NCBI RefSeq assembly: GCF_004010195.1
Contig: NC_057718.1
Span: 31,643,479-31,707,478, forward strand
Length of the DNA: 64,000 bases
Source: Chiloscyllium plagiosum
Taxonomy: Eukaryota
Direction: 5' to 3'
The position numbers were made by a program, and so were the translations under genes. The notes beneath the pieces were generated by a model. The model saw only the letters and a program-made list of their open reading frames with translations. It was not told the DNA's origin and did not search any database. Position 1 is the first letter of the stretch. The number at the start of each line of letters is the position of its first letter. Of the stretch, positions 1 through 14,141 are shown in pieces.

Positions 1-585
1 TCTACATCCCAGAGTACTTAAGGAAGTGGCCCCAGAAATAACAGATCCTTTGATGATTATCTTCCATTACACTCTTTTAGACTCTGGAACAGTAACTACA
101 GATTGAGGGCAGCTATTTAAAAAGCAAGTAGGGAGAAATAATAGGGAATTTTAGACTAGTGAGTCTGACATTGGTACTGGAGAAGATGCCAAAGACTGTT
201 ATCAAGGGTTTTAGAGTCGAGCACTTCAAAAATTGATTGAATTAGACAGAGTCAGCATTGATTTACAAAAGGGAAATTTTTTTGACAAATCTACTGGAAT
301 TTTTTGAGGATGTACAGAGTAGAGATGATCAGGGGATCCAGTGGATGTGCAGTATTTGAACTATCAGAAGCCTATCGGCAAAGTTCCACGTAAGAGATTA
401 ATGTGTCAAATGAAAGCACATGGGATTGGGAATAGTATGTTGAGATGGGTAGGAATTTGGTAACCAGACAGGAAATGAAGAGTAGAAATAAACGGATCTT
501 TTTCTAAATGGCAGCGGTGGCTAGTGACTAGAGCAGAGATCAGTCTGCGGCCCAAGCTAATTACAATATATATTAAAGATTTAGA
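1..585 (+). mobile_element. Old CR1-type LINE RT fragment (left part, split by a younger LINE)
   Basis: Decayed RT-region sequence (cagagtcagcattgattt, acaaatctactggaattttttgag, tatttgaactatcagaagcc); continues colinearly at about 4790. Confidence 0.75.
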
Positions 586-3500
586 TAGTCATAGAGATGT
601 ACAGCATGGAAACAAACCCTTCAGTCCAACCTGTCCATGCTGACCACATATCCCAACCTAATCTCGTCCCACCTACCAGCACCCGGCCCATATCTCTCCA
701 AACCCTGCTATTCATATACCCATCCTGATGCCTTTTAAATGTTGCAATGGTACCAGCCTCCACCACTTCCTCTGGCAGCTCATTCCATACATGTACCACC
801 CTCTGTGTGAAAACATTGCCCCTTAGGTCTTTATTATATCTTTTCCCTCTCACACTAAACCGATGCCCTCTAGTTCGAGACTCCCCCACCCCAGGGAAAA
901 GACTTGGTCTATTTATCCTATTCATGTCCCTCATGATTTTGTAAATATCTATAAGGTATAAGGTCCCTCAGCCTCCGACACTCCAGGGAAAACAGCTCCA
1001 GCCTATTCAACCTCTCCCTATAGCTCAAATCCTCCAACCCTGGCAACATTTTTGTAAATCTTTTCTGAACCCTTTCAAGTTTTACAACATCTTTCCAATC
1101 GGAAGGAGACCAGAATTGCACGCAATATTCTAACAGTGGCCGAAGCAAATGTCCTGTACAGCCGCACCATGACCTCCCAACTCCTGTATTCAATACTCTG
1201 ACCAATAAAAGAAAGCATACCAAACACCTTCTTCACTATCCTAACTACCTGTGACTCCGCTTTCAAGGAGCTATGAACCTGCACTCCAAGGTCTCTTTGT
1301 TCAGCAACACTCCCTAGGACCTTACCATTAAGTGTATAGGTCCTGCTAATGTTTGCTTTCCCAAAATGCAGCACCTCACATTTGTCTAAATTAAACTCCA
1401 CCTGCCACTTCTCAGGCCATTGGCTCATTTGATCAAGATCCCGATGTAATCTGAGGTAACCCTCTTTGCTGTCCACTACACCTCCAATTTTGGTGTCATC
1501 TGCAAACTTACGAACTATACCTCTTATGCTCACATCCAAATCATTTATATAAATGATGAAAAGTAATGGACCCAGCACCGATCCTTGTGGCACTCCACTG
1601 GTCACAGGTCTCCAGTCTTAAAAACAACCCTCTACCTTTGAGCCAGTTCTGTATCCAAATAGTGAGTTCTCCCTGTATTTCATGAGATCTAACCTTGCTC
1701 ACCAGTCTCCCATGGGGAACCTTGTCGAACGCCTTACTGAAGTCCATATACATCACATCTACTGCTCTGCCCTCATCAATCTTCTTTGTTACTTCTTCAA
1801 AAAACTCAATCAAGTTTATGAGACATGATTTCCCCTGCACAAAGCCATGTTGACTATCCCTAATCAGTCCTTGTCTTTCCAAATACACGTATATCCTGTC
1901 CCTCAGGATTCCCTCTAACAACTTGCCCACCACCGACGTCAGACTGGTCTATATTCCCTGGCTTGTCCTTACCACCCTTCTTAAATAGTGGCACCACATT
2001 AGCCAACCTCCAGTATTCCAGCACCTTACCTGTGACTATTGATGATACAAATATCCCAGCAAGAGGCCCAGCAATCACTTTCCTAGCTTCCCACAGAGTT
2101 CTCGGGTACATCTGATCAGGTCCTGGAGATTTATCCACTTTTATGCATTCCAAAACATCTAGCACTTCCTCCTCTGTAATATAGACATTTTTCAAGATGT
2201 CACCATGTATTTCCCTACATTCTATATCTTCCATGTCCTTTTCCACAGTAAATACTGATGCAAAATACTTCTTTAGTATCTCCCCCATTTCCTGCGGTTC
2301 CACACAAAGGCCGTCTTGCTGATCTTTGAGGGACCATATTCTCTCCCTAGTTACCCTTTTGTCCTTAATGTATTTGTAAAAACCTTTGGATTCTCCTTAA
2401 CTCTATTTGCCAAAGCTATCTCATGTCCCCTTTTTGCCCTCCTGATTTTCCTCTTAAGTATACTCCTACTTCCTTTATACTCTTCTAATGACTCACTCAA
2501 TCTATCCTATCTATGCCTCAGATATGCTTCCTTCTTTTTCTTAACCAAACTCTCAATTTCTTTAGTCATCCAGCATTCCCTACACCTAACATCCTTTCCT
2601 TTCACCCTGGCAGGAATATACTTTCTCTTCACTCTCGTTATTTCATTTGTGAAGGCTTCCCATTTTCCAGCCGTCCCTTTACCTGTGAACATCTGCCCCA
2701 ATCAGTTTTTGAAAGTTCTTGCCTAATACCGTCAAAATTGGCCTTTCTCCTATTTAGAACTTCAACTTTTAGATCTGGTCTATCCTTTACCATCACTAAT
2801 TTAAAACTAGTAGAATTATGGTCATTTGCCCCAAAGTGCTTCCCTACTGACACCTCAGTCACCTGCCCTGCCTTATTTCCCAAGAGTAGGTCAAGTTTCG
2901 CACCTTCTCTAGTCTGAATCAGAAAATTGTCTTGTACACACTTAACAAATTCCTCTCCATCTAAACCCTTCACACTATGGCAGTCCCAGTCTATGTTTGG
3001 AAAGTTAAAATTCCCTACCATAACCACCCTATTATTCTTAAAGATAACTGAGATCTCCTCACAATTTTGTTTCACAATTTCCAGTTGACTATTTGGGGGT
3101 CTATAATGCAATCCCAATAAGGTGATCATCGCTTTCTTATTTTTCAGTTCCACCCAAATAATTTTCTTGGATGGATTTCCGAGAATATCCCTCAGCACAG
3201 CTGTAATGCTATCCCTTATCAAAACGCCACTCCCCCTCCTCTCTTGCCTCCCTTTGTATCCTCCCTGTAGCATTTATATCCTGGAACATTAAGCTGCCAG
3301 TCCTGTCCATCCCTGAGCCACATTTCTGTAATTGCTATGATCTGCCAGTATATTAGTCCCCTTCCAATTTAGTGCAATCCGTCCTTCTTTTATAGGTCAC
3401 TTCTACCCCAAAAGAGCTTTCAATGATCCAAAATGTGAATCGTTCTCCCATACACCAGCTCCTTAGCCATGTATTCATCTGCTCTATCCTCCTATTCCTA

Positions 3501-4787
3501 CCCTCATTAGCTCATAGCACCGGGAGTAATCCAGATATTACTACTCTCGAGGGTTGCCTTTATAAATTCTGTAATCACCCTTCAGAATCTCAACCTTTAC
3601 CTTTCCTTTGTTGTTGGTTCCAATGTGGACAATGACCTCCTGCCGGGCCCTCCACCCCTTGAGAACATTCTGCACCCTCTCTGAGACATCCTTGATCCTG
3701 GCAACAGGGAAGCAACACACCATTCTGATTTTTCGCTGCTGGCCACAGAAACATCTGTCTGTATCTCAGACTAGAAAGTCCCCTAACACAATCGACCTCT
3801 TGGAACCTGACGTACCCCTCATTGCATTAGAGCCAGTCTCAATACCAGAAACTTGGCTGTTTGTGCTACATTCCCCTGAGAATCCATTATTCTCTACATT
3901 TTCCAAAACAGCATATTTGCTTGAAATAGGGATAGCCACAGAAGACTCTTACACTAATTGCCTAGCTCTCTTACCTTTCCTGGAGTTAACCCATCTGTGT
4001 GACTGTATTTGTGACTTTTCCCCATTCCTATAACTGCCATCCACCACATCTTGTAAATTCCTCACTGCCTCTAACTGTCTTTCCAACCATACCATTCGAT
4101 CTGATAGGATTCGCAACTAACGCATTTATTGCAGATATAATCTTCAGTAACAGATAAACACTCCCTAAACACCCACATCCGACAAGAAGAGTATATGACT
4201 CTACTAAAGACCATTTCTGCTTCTTTCAATCTACAGACCCAGATAATAGCACTGTCTTACCCCTCTACAAAACACTGCTCCAGGTTAAAATTAATACGTA
4301 TGGCTTATATTTTAATCAAGAGACATATCTCAATAAAACATATAATCAAGAAAGATGGGTATATGAATAGGAAGGGTTGAAGGGATATGGGCTGGGTGCT
4401 GGCAAGTGGGACCAGATTAGGTTGGGATATCTGGTTGGCATGGATGAGTTGGACCAAAGGGTCTGTTTCTGTGCTGTACATCTCTATGACTCTATGAGGT
4501 TCACTGCTGTGTCAGTTAGCAGTGTGGGTTTCTTCCTCTTTTTTTCTCTTCTGCACTGACCTCACCATGTGCTTCCTTTGTCTGTTCCTCTGTCTTTTAA
4601 AAGTGCTGTTGTTTTGACCTTTTTTTTTCCTCTGAAGTTCCAAAACAATGCAACAACATATAAAACAGTAATTGCTGCTCCCGGAATTCGATGAAATCAC
4701 CTCCAACACCTAAAATAACTCAAAAAAGGAGCAGCCTGTTACAGATAGAAATTTTTCCTGTCTTCCATCTTGGATTATCTAGAATCC
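586..4787 (-). mobile_element. Near full-length, inactive CR1/HER1-like LINE (ORF1 SGNH esterase, ORF2 endonuclease + RT)
   Basis: Minus-strand fragments: GNFNFPNIDW (endonuclease), SQHGFVQGKSCLINL, GVPQGSVLGPLLF, KFADDTK (RT), and VIVHIGTNN plus DGLH (esterase-type ORF1, about 3350-3730). 3' tail ctctatgact at the 586 end. Many frameshifts and deletions. Confidence 0.92.
4353..4497 (+). mobile_element. 5'-truncated 3' end of the same CR1 family, nested antisense in the host LINE 5' region
   Basis: gatgggtatatgaatagg...tctctatgactctatga is the reverse complement of the tail at about 586-725. Confidence 0.85.
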
Positions 4788-4789
4788 TC

Positions 4790-5720
4790 AGCTAAATGTA
4801 ATATCTCAAAATTTACAGATGATACAAAGGTTGATGGAGGGTGAGCTGTGAGGAAGTTGCAGAGACATGACAGTGTGATTTAGACAGGCTGAATGAGTGG
4901 GCAAATGAATGGCAAATGCAGTATAATATGGATAAATGTGAGGTTAGCCACTTTAGCTTAAAAATAGGAAGGCAGATTGTTATTTGACTGGCTGTAAATT
5001 GAGAAAGGGGTATAGAGTCATAGAGAATCGATGAGACTTCTGTCTCGTTTTGTACCATCTGCTGAGAGTAAGCTTACAGGTGCAGAAGGCACTAAAGAAG
5101 CCATTCTGTATGTTGGCCTTCATAGTGGGAGGATTAGGGTTCAAGAAAAAGGATGTCTTGCTGCAAATACACAGGGCATTGGTGAGGTCACACCTGGAAT
5201 ACTCTGTCCAGTTTTGGTCTCCTTATCTGAGGAGGGGTACTCTTGGTATGGAGAGAGTGAAGTGAAGGTTTACCATATCGATTCCTGTGATGGCAAAACT
5301 AATGTATGAGAAGAGATTGAGTCAGTTAGGATTGTATTCCTTAGAGCTTAGAAGAATGATCGGAGGATCGCACAAAATCTATAAAATTCTAATAGGACTA
5401 AACAGGTTAGATGCAGGAAGGATGTTCCCAAAGGTGGGAGAGTCCTGAACCAGGGGTTAAAGCTTAAGGATAAGGGGAAAACCTTTTAGGACTGGGATGA
5501 GGAGAAATTTCTTCACCCAGAGAGAGGTGAGCCTCTGGAATTCATTACCACAGAAAGAGGTTGAAGCCAAAACATTATGGTGGTAGATATTAGGTCTTGT
5601 AACTAAAGAGATCAAGGACATGGAGGGAGGGCAGGAAATAGGGTACTGAGCTCAATAATCATACTGAATGACAGAGCAGGCTTGCGGGGGTCGAATGGCC
5701 TCCTATCTGTATATTTTCTG
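4790..5720 (+). mobile_element. Old CR1-type LINE, right part (RT C-terminus and 3' UTR)
   Basis: aaatttacagatgatacaaag (FTDDTK), LVRSHLEYSVQFWSPYLR, and a 3' UTR with gaatggcctcct. Confidence 0.8.
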
Positions 5721-6886
5721 TGTATGCTGGGCATCTCAGGAAGAGGCTGAGGTGGATCAACCATTTGGTATTTTTGGCTGAAGGTGGTTGCAAATGTTTT
5801 AGTCATTTTCTGTCTGCAATGTTATGCTGAGCTCCTCTATCATTAAGAATTGGGGGTGTGGGGGGGCGGGGGGGGGGGCGTGTTTGTGGAGCTTTGCCTC
5901 TGGTTTAGTCATCCATCAAGATACATGACAAAACTGCAGATTTTTGATCTGATAAGTCGGTTGTGGGATTGCTTAGCTTTGCCTAGAACGTGCTGCTTCC
6001 ACCATTTATTACGCCCATAGCCTAATATTGTGGCTTCATCACACCAGCAATTCATTTTTATTTCGCACTCCTGCTCAACTAATGAGATTTGACCCCCCAG
6101 GCTTTCGAGTAATGGTAGAATGAAAGTTATGCTGTGGCACAAGGCTACAGTTTGTGGTTGAATCCAATTCTATGAGTAATGATGGCTCACAGAGCTGCTA
6201 AAGCTGTTCTGAATCAATCCAATTTAATATGGCAGCAGTATTCACACAATGTAATGGAGGATATACTCAGTGCAAAGATAGGACTTACTTAGCACACTAT
6301 GTGGTGGTCACTCCTACCAAAACTGTCATGGACAGAAGCATGTGCAAAAGACAGATTGTTGAGAATGAGGCCAAGTTGGTATTTTCCACTTGGCCATCAC
6401 CTGCTACAGAGCCAGTGCGACACACATGTCCTTCAGCATTGCTAGCCAGGTCAGCACTGGTGTTACTGAGATACTCTGGGTGGCAGGCTTCAATATTCAT
6501 TACCAACAATAGATTTCATGCCCTAGCTACTGTACATTCATTGCTTCCTCCAAGTAGTGTTCAGCATGGAGGAGCATTGATTCATCAGCTGAGGGAAGGT
6601 AGTATACAGAAACTAGCAAGAGATTTTCCTGTCCATGTTTGATCACAAATCATCAAAATTCATGTGGGTTATTACAGTCAGTGTTGAGAACTCCCTGGAC
6701 CATTCCCTTCTGACTGTATACCAATATGCCACCACCTCTGCTGGGCCTAACCTGCTGTGGAACAGCAGATGTCCAAGGATGATGATAAAGGAAACATCAA
6801 AACACAGAAAATAGGAGCAGGAGTCGGCCACTGACCCTTTGAGCCAGGTTCGCCAATCATGGCTGATCATCCAATTCAATCCTCTG

Positions 6887-7595
6887 TGTGACGATACCAT
6901 GGTTTTGAGAGGTACATTTAGTTCATGTTCTTTTTTGAAGCGAGGTGCTGAACTAGAGATGAGGAGTTGTCTCCGCCAAGCCAATAATGTAAACAAATTG
7001 TGAGGCCCTGACATTTTTAAAAATAAAGTTAGAACAGTAGAAGCAGCATGAATAGTTGGAGTCAGGCTCCCATAGAATCTGGGTTTTAGCTTAGCTTAAC
7101 TTTCAGCAGTTGGGGTTTTGAAGTTGGTTGGGTAATCTGCTATAAGAACATAAGAAATATGAGCAGGAGTAAGCCATACACAGTATATCTCTCTGCCACA
7201 GCAATAAGCTTAAGTTCCGTTTGTCTGCCTGAATTTTCTCTTGATGTTCTTTTCTCCTGGACTGGGGAAACATTGCATGTGGGACAATTTATTTTACTGA
7301 ATTTGCCTTTGCCAAGGCTGTGTTTATCGGATGTTACTATAATGGAACAATTACTATTTAGTAGCTAAATAATCTATTATTAAGTTTTTGAATAGTGTTA
7401 AGTTATTCAAATTCTTCTTCCTTTTATTTGTGTTTGAACTGGGTATGAGAATAAAATGTGTTTAACTTAAAGCCAAGTAGTGTGAACAATTGAATTACAT
7501 CTGGAACACAACATTTTACACTGTCCTTTAAGGTAAACGTTATGGTCAGGCTATCTCCTTGATATATCTGGAGTGGTCTGATCTGGTCCATAACA
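6887..7595 (+). mobile_element. Solo LTR (Gypsy-like, TG...CA)
   Basis: Starts tgtgacg, ends cataaca, flanked by tctg/actg (3/4 TSD). Interrupts a minus-strand CR1 3' end. A homologous partial copy lies at 13650-14141. Confidence 0.7.
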
Positions 7596-7599
7596 ACTG

Positions 7600-8500
7600 T
7601 TTCAGCTTTTACCCCATAACTTTTGATCCATTTTAGGTGTCAGGGTGAGATGCTCTTCGGAGGGTCAGTGTAGACTCGATGGGCTGAATGGTCTGCTTCC
7701 ACACTGTAGGGTTTCTATGATCTATTCTATGATCATGATAAAACACTCAGGTCTTATTGCACTTTCCTTTTCCCAATCTCTCACCATTCAGATAATAATC
7801 TGCCCCCCCCCCTTTTTTGCTACCAAAGTTGATAACCTCTTATTTATCCACATTATCCTTCATCTGTCACAGATTTGCCAACTCGTGCAATTTGTTTAAG
7901 TCACACTGAAGCATCTCTTTATCCCCCACGACGTTCAACCTCCTACCCAGCTTTGTGTCATCTGCAAACTTGGAGATATTATGTTTAGTTGACTTGTCAA
8001 AATCATTACATATATACATTATGAATAGTTGGGTTCCAAGCACTGATTCCTGTGCTACTCCACTAATCACTGGCTGCCACACGAAATAAGACCTTTTTAA
8101 TGCGACTCTTTGTTTCCTGTCTGCTACTTTGTTCTCTATGTCATTAATGACACTTAATCCTATGTGCATTAGTTAATCTCTTATGGGACCTTATGGAAAG
8201 CCTTCTGAAAGTCCAAATAAACCACATCCAGCGGCTCCCCCATGTCAATTCTATTAGTTCTACCCTCAAAAAAACTCCAAAAGATTTGTCAAGCATGATT
8301 TCCCTTTCGTAAATCCATGCAGACTCTGTCCAATCCTATTACTGTTTTTCAAGTACTCTGCTATTAAATCTTTTACAATAGACTGTAACATTTTTCCTAC
8401 TATCAGTATCAGGCTAGTTTCCTCTTTTCTCTCTATTTCCTTTTTTTACATTAACCAACTTCCATCCATAGGAGCTGTTCCAGTCTATAGAGTCTTTAGA
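7600..8500 (-). mobile_element. Old CR1 LINE RT fragment (3' end at about 6800-6886); contains a SINE/LINE tail at about 7640-7735
   Basis: ORF 7867-8169 WQPVISGVAQESVLGTQLF...KFADDTKLG. Confidence 0.8.
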
Positions 8501-10139
8501 AGGAGCTTTTAACTTTGACTGTGGAGGTACCTTTCTGGGTAAGGTATATGGTGTCAGGCTGGTGCTTGACATTGGTATGTCCCAGACATTAGTGAGGACC
8601 TAGAAACAAATGGACAATGTACCTTTGTTATTTACTGTATTTAGATGAATACCTGTTGGTCTGTTATTGAAATTTCTTGTTATAATTTTTGATGAAACTT
8701 AGAGACTTCCTAGGACAGACCAGGTCAGTTTGCCAGATTTCCCTCCCTAATGAACATTTGTGAATCAGAACTTATGACAATTCTTTAGGTTTCAACTCAT
8801 GATTACTAAACATAGCTTTTCATTCTGGATTTATTCATTAGCTGAATTAAAATTCCTGAAGCTGCCATGACGTGATTTCGCCTCATGTCCCGAGAGCATT
8901 AATCCAGACCCCTGCATTGCTCTGCCAGTAACATTTACATGATGCACTTCGGACAGAAATTGAGAATCAAAAGAAAAGCTAGGACTCAACACTGAGGAAG
9001 ATTAATTAGAAATCCACAAAGTATTGCGGTCTATTCAACTTGTAATCAACATTATAAACAAAACTTTAATTCTGCAAACATATCATAGAAGAATTAGAGT
9101 TGAAAGATAAATTTGTCATGTGGGATGTGTGCCTGCTCCAGTGGTTTGTGATGAGACTACCTTTAATAAACAGTAACAGTAGGTATGTAAGGATGTGTGT
9201 ACTTCAGAATGGGAAAGAGTATGCAATTCATAAACCATAATTATTATGCATTTCAGAAGAGGAGGCAGTCTGGCAACAGCAGTAACCTGTTTGATTCTGA
9301 AGCTAAGGTGGGTACAGCCTTCATCTTTGACACATCTGCTTTGTTTCCTTCATCTTGGATTAGGGCTCGAGTCATAATTAATCTTCAAAGAAGATTCATC
9401 AAACAGATTAACCACTCTGACCCCTCTAATTTAACCCTTTATGAATTGCATGCCCCGGGCATCTCATTTTTGTTTGAATGTTTTTGCTGGTGTACAGAAA
9501 TATTAACTTGTTTAAGGAGAAAGCAGAGGTAATATTCTCTAGTCCTCCTATCTGTATCATCAGTTCATCTCTTCTTGCTATTTTCCCGAATTACTAGAAT
9601 GATCCCTATAGGATTTATTTTCAAATTTTTGAATAGAAAGCATTTTTTCACTTAATTTTGAAAAGGGCAAGTCCTGTCTAATTCTAAACAGGAACAGAGA
9701 AATTGTACCCATTAGTAAAAATTGAGCAAATTGCTTATTTGATAGGAACAAAGAAATCTAGAGTAGACGTGTGCCTTCAACTATATTTTGGCTAATCTTC
9801 TATCTCAATGCAATTTTCCTACGTCATCCTCATGACTCGATGTCTTTAATATCTAAAAAATCTGTTGATCTATCTTGAACATACTCAATGTCTTAAAGAG
9901 GATTCCAACAATTCACTATTCTTTGAGTAAAGACATTTCTCCTAAATTGTCTAACCTTTATTTTGAGACTGTTTCCCCTTATCTATTGTGCTAATTATAT
10001 CTCCAAAAAACTAAGCTTGTTAAACATGATTTCCCTTTTGTAAACTATGTTGACTCTGCATAATTCTACTATTATCTCTGTGTCCAGTTATCACATTCCT
10101 TAAAGATTCTAGCATTTTGCCTATTGGTGGCTGACTAAC

Positions 10140-11420
10140 AGTTTTCTTTATCATTCATTGGATGAGAGCATCGCTGTCTGAACCATCATTTATTGAATGC
10201 TTCTAGTTACCTTTAAGAGTGAATAGGTGAGTTATCTTCTTGAATCACTGTGTCCATTTGGTACAGGTTCACCCACAGTACTGTTAGCAAGTTCGAGGAT
10301 TTTGAACCAAACGCACTGAAGGAAAGGCGATATTTTTCTAAGTCAGGATGGTGAGTAGTCTGGATGGGAACTGACAGGTGATGGTATTTCTGTGTTTCTG
10401 CTACCCTTGTCCTTCTAGATGGACATTGTTGAGAGTTTGGAAGCTGAAAAGGACCTTGATGGACATTTGCAGTGTATCTTGTTACACAATGATGCTACTG
10501 TGCATTGGTGGAGGAGGTAGTGAATGAAATCCCATACACAAACACTCACTTAGGCTACTTCATCCTGTATGGTGTCAAGCATATTATTGGAGATGCACTC
10601 AACCTGTGGGGTAAATGGGGAGTACTCCATCAACTGGGTAAATTGAGCATACTTCTGACTTGCACCCTGTAGATGATGGGTAGGCTTTGGCAAGTCAGAA
10701 GGGGACTTATTCACTTTAGGATTCTTAGCTTCTGACCTGCTCTCATAATCATAGTATTTACATGGCTAATTCAGTTCAGTTTCTGATCAATGGTAACCAT
10801 CAGGATTTGTTAATGGGGAATTCAGTGATGACAATGCCATGGAATGTCAAGAGGGAGGGAAGGACATGGCCTTTACCTGCCATTAGTGTGGTGCAAATGT
10901 TATTAGTCAGTATATTGTCCTGGATATTGTCCAGATTTTGCTGCAGGCTGCATCAGCGCCTGAGAAGTTGCAAATGATGCTGACATTGTTGAATCATCAG
11001 TGAACATCCCAATTCTAACCTTAGGACAGAGGGAAGGTTATTTTCAAAGCTAAACAATGATTAGGCCAAGGACACTACCCTGAAGAATTCCTGCAGCAAT
11101 GTCCTGGAGCTGAGATGACTGACCTCCAACAGCCACAACCATGTTCCAATTTACTAAGTATGACTCCAACCAATGGAGAGCTTGCCCCCGATAGCTATCA
11201 ATTCCATTTTTGCTAAGGCTCCTTAATGTCACACTCAGTCAAACAAGGCCTTGATGGCTAGGCCAGTTAATGTCCATCTCACCTCTGGAATTCAATTCTT
11301 AATATCTATTGAACCAAATCTGTAATATAGTCAGGAGCTGAATGAATTCAGCAGAACCCAGAACATCAGTGAGCAGGTTATTGTTGAAAAGGAACTGCTT
11401 GATAGTATTGTTGATCAACA
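10140..11420 (-). mobile_element. Highly decayed CR1-like LINE of a second family (continues at about 12780-13640; related pieces at about 5720-6790)
   Basis: ORF 11050-11232 LHWLESYL...VGGQSSQLQDIAAGILQGSVLG (RT motif). Confidence 0.65.
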
Positions 11421-12774
11421 GTAAAAGATGTTGGAAGGAATCTTTGAGAGTAAGATGTACATGTATTTGGAAAGGCAAGGATTGATTAGAGATAGTCAAC
11501 ATGGCTTTGTGCGTGGGAAATCATGTCTCACAAACATGATTGAGTTTTTTGAAGAAGTAACAAAGAGGATTGATGAGGGCAGAGCGGTAGATGTGATCTA
11601 TATCGACTTCAGTAAGACATTTAACAAGGTTCCCAATGGGAGACTGGTTAACAAGGTTAGATCTCACGGAATACAGGGAGAACTAGCCACTTGGATACAG
11701 AACTGGCTCAAAGGTAGAAGACAGAGGGTGGTGGTGGAGGGTTGTTTTTCACACTGGATGCCTGTGACCAGTGGAGTGCCACAAGGATCGGTGCTGGGTC
11801 CACTACATTTTGTCATTTACTTAAATCATTTGGATATGAGCATAAGAGGTACAGTTAGTAAGTTTGCAGATGACACCAAAATTGGAGGTGTAATGAACAG
11901 TGAAGAAGGTTACCTCAGGTTACAACAGGATCTTGATCAGATGTGCCAATGGACTAAGAAGTGGCAGATGGAGTTTAATTCAGATAAATGTGAGGTGCTG
12001 CATTTTGGGAAAGCAAATCTTAGCATGACTTATACACTTATTGGTAAGGTCCTAGGGAGTGTTGCTGAACAAAGAGACCTTGGAGTGCAGGTTTATAGCT
12101 CCTTGAAAGTGGAGTCAATAGGATAGTGAAGAAGGCATTTGGTATGCTTTCCTTTATTGGTCAGAGTATTGAGTACAGGAGTTGGGAGGTCATGTTGAGG
12201 CTGTACAGGTCATTGGTTAGGCCACTGTTGGAATATTGCATGCAATTCTGGTCTCCTTCCTATCGGAAAGATGTTGTGAAACTTGAAAGGGTTCAGAAAA
12301 GATTTACAAGGATGTTACCAGGGTTGCAGGATTTGAGCTATAAGGAGAGGCTGAACAGACTGGGGCTGTTTTCCCTGGAGAATCGGAGGCTGAGGGGTGA
12401 TCTTATAGAGGTTTACAAAATTATGAGGGGCATGGATAAGATAAATAGACAAAGTCTTTTCCCTGGGGTCGGGGAATCCAGAACTAGAGGGCATAGGTTT
12501 AGGGTGAGGGGAATGATATAAAAGACATCTTAGGGGCAACTTTTCCATGCAGAGGGTGGTACGTGTATGGAATGAGCTGCCAGAGGAAGTGGTGGAGGCT
12601 GGTACAATTGCAACATTTAAAAGGCATCAGGATGGGTATATGACTAGGAAGAGTTTGGAGGGATATGGGCCAGGTGCTGGCAGGTGGGACTAGATTGGGT
12701 TGGGGATTATCTGGTCAGCATGGACAGGTTGGACCGAAGGATCTGTTTCCATGCTGTACATCTCTATGACTCTA
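11421..12774 (+). mobile_element. 5'-truncated young CR1/HER1-like LINE
   Basis: ORFs 11428-12126 and 12126-12521 carry RT motifs (PQGSVLGP, FADDTK). Tail ctctatgactcta. Same family as 586-4787. Confidence 0.93.
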
Positions 12775-12834
12775 GACTGATGCTGGATATTAGCTGGTTT
12801 TGATTTGTCTTGCTTTTTATGTATGGGATATACC

Positions 12835-13050
12835 TGGACTCAATTGGCTGGATTGTTGGTTTACAGAGCAGTGTGATGCCAACAGCATGTGTTCAATTCC
12901 CAACACCGGTTTGAGGTTACCACTAAGAACTCTCCTTCTCAACCTTTTCCCTCACCTTAAGTCTGGTGGCCTTCAGGTTAAATCACCACCAGTCTATTCT
13001 CTCCTTAATGAAAGAGCAGCCCCTATGGTCTGGTAAGACTATGGCAGCAC
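12835..13050 (+). mobile_element. Probable tRNA-derived SINE
   Basis: B-box-like gttcaattcc followed by a SINE-like body; family not identified. Confidence 0.45.
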
Positions 13051-13649
13051 AACAATACCTAGGCAATTTTCCGCATTGTTGGGTAGATGCCAATTTTTTA
13101 ACTATTGGAACAGCTTAGCTAGAGGTGTGGTAAGTTCTGAAGCAGATGTCTTCATTACTGTTGCCAGATTTTGACAGGGGCCATAGCCTTTGCTCATCTA
13201 GTGCCTTTAGCTTGATCTTGATATCATTAGCTTAAGACTGGCTTCTGTGATGCTGGGACCTTTGGAGGAAGTCACAATGCATCATCCACTCAACATTTCT
13301 GGCTAAAGATTGCTGCAAATATTCCATTTCTATCTTTTGCACTTATCTGTTGAGCTTCCCATCATTGAGGATAGGGTATCATTGGAGGCTCCTCCTCCCA
13401 GTGAGTTGTTGAATTGTTCTCATCATCAAAACTAAATGTGGGGATTCTGTAGATCTTTGATCTGATTCGATCCATTGGTTGTGGAATTGCTTAACCCTTG
13501 CTGCTTATATTGTTTGGCACATACTTACACTCTGTTGTAATTGCATTCAGGTGACAATTCATTTTCAGATATACCTGCTGCTGCTCCTCCGGACTTGCTT
13601 TCTTGCACTCTATTTAAACCAGGATTGATCCCTTGTTTTAATGCAGAGA

Positions 13650-14141
13650 ATATGCTACTCCCACAGAACCAGGATTTCAACTTAGCTTGTGGTTGGGGTT
13701 TTGAAGTTGGCTCTGCAAGCTGTTTCATCCTTCTCTGCCACTGCAAAAAGCTAGAGTTCTCTCTCTCTGTCTAAATTTTCTCTTGGTGTCCTTTTCTCCC
13801 GGACTGGGGAAACATTGCATGTGGGACAATCTGTTTTACTGAATTTGCCTTTGCCAAGGGTGTGTTTATAGGATGTTATTATATTGGGAAAGTTGCTGTT
13901 TAGTGAGTAAATAATCTAACAGTGTTAAGTTTTCCAATAAAGCTATCCCAATTTGTCTTTCTTTTGTTTGTAGTTTAACTTTGTGCAAGAATAATGTACA
14001 TTTTGCTTAAAGTCAAGTAGTGTGACGAATCAAATTACATTCAGAACACTGCACCTTGCCTTTAAATAAGATAAAAGTTAAGTGTAAGGTCGAGACTATT
14101 TCCATGATATACGAGAAGGGATTATGGCCTGGTCCATAACA
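13650..14141 (+). mobile_element. Partial LTR, same family as 6887-7595
   Basis: Shared blocks ggactggggaaacattgcatgtgggacaat and ttactgaatttgcctttgccaagg, plus the identical terminus ctggtccataaca. Confidence 0.75.

Noticed and set aside
5851..5880. G-rich run, potential G-quadruplex
   Set aside because: Homopolymer expansion inside a decayed LINE; no sign of function.
11428..12521. RT ORFs as an active or domesticated gene
   Set aside because: 5'-truncated and frameshifted ordinary CR1 copy.
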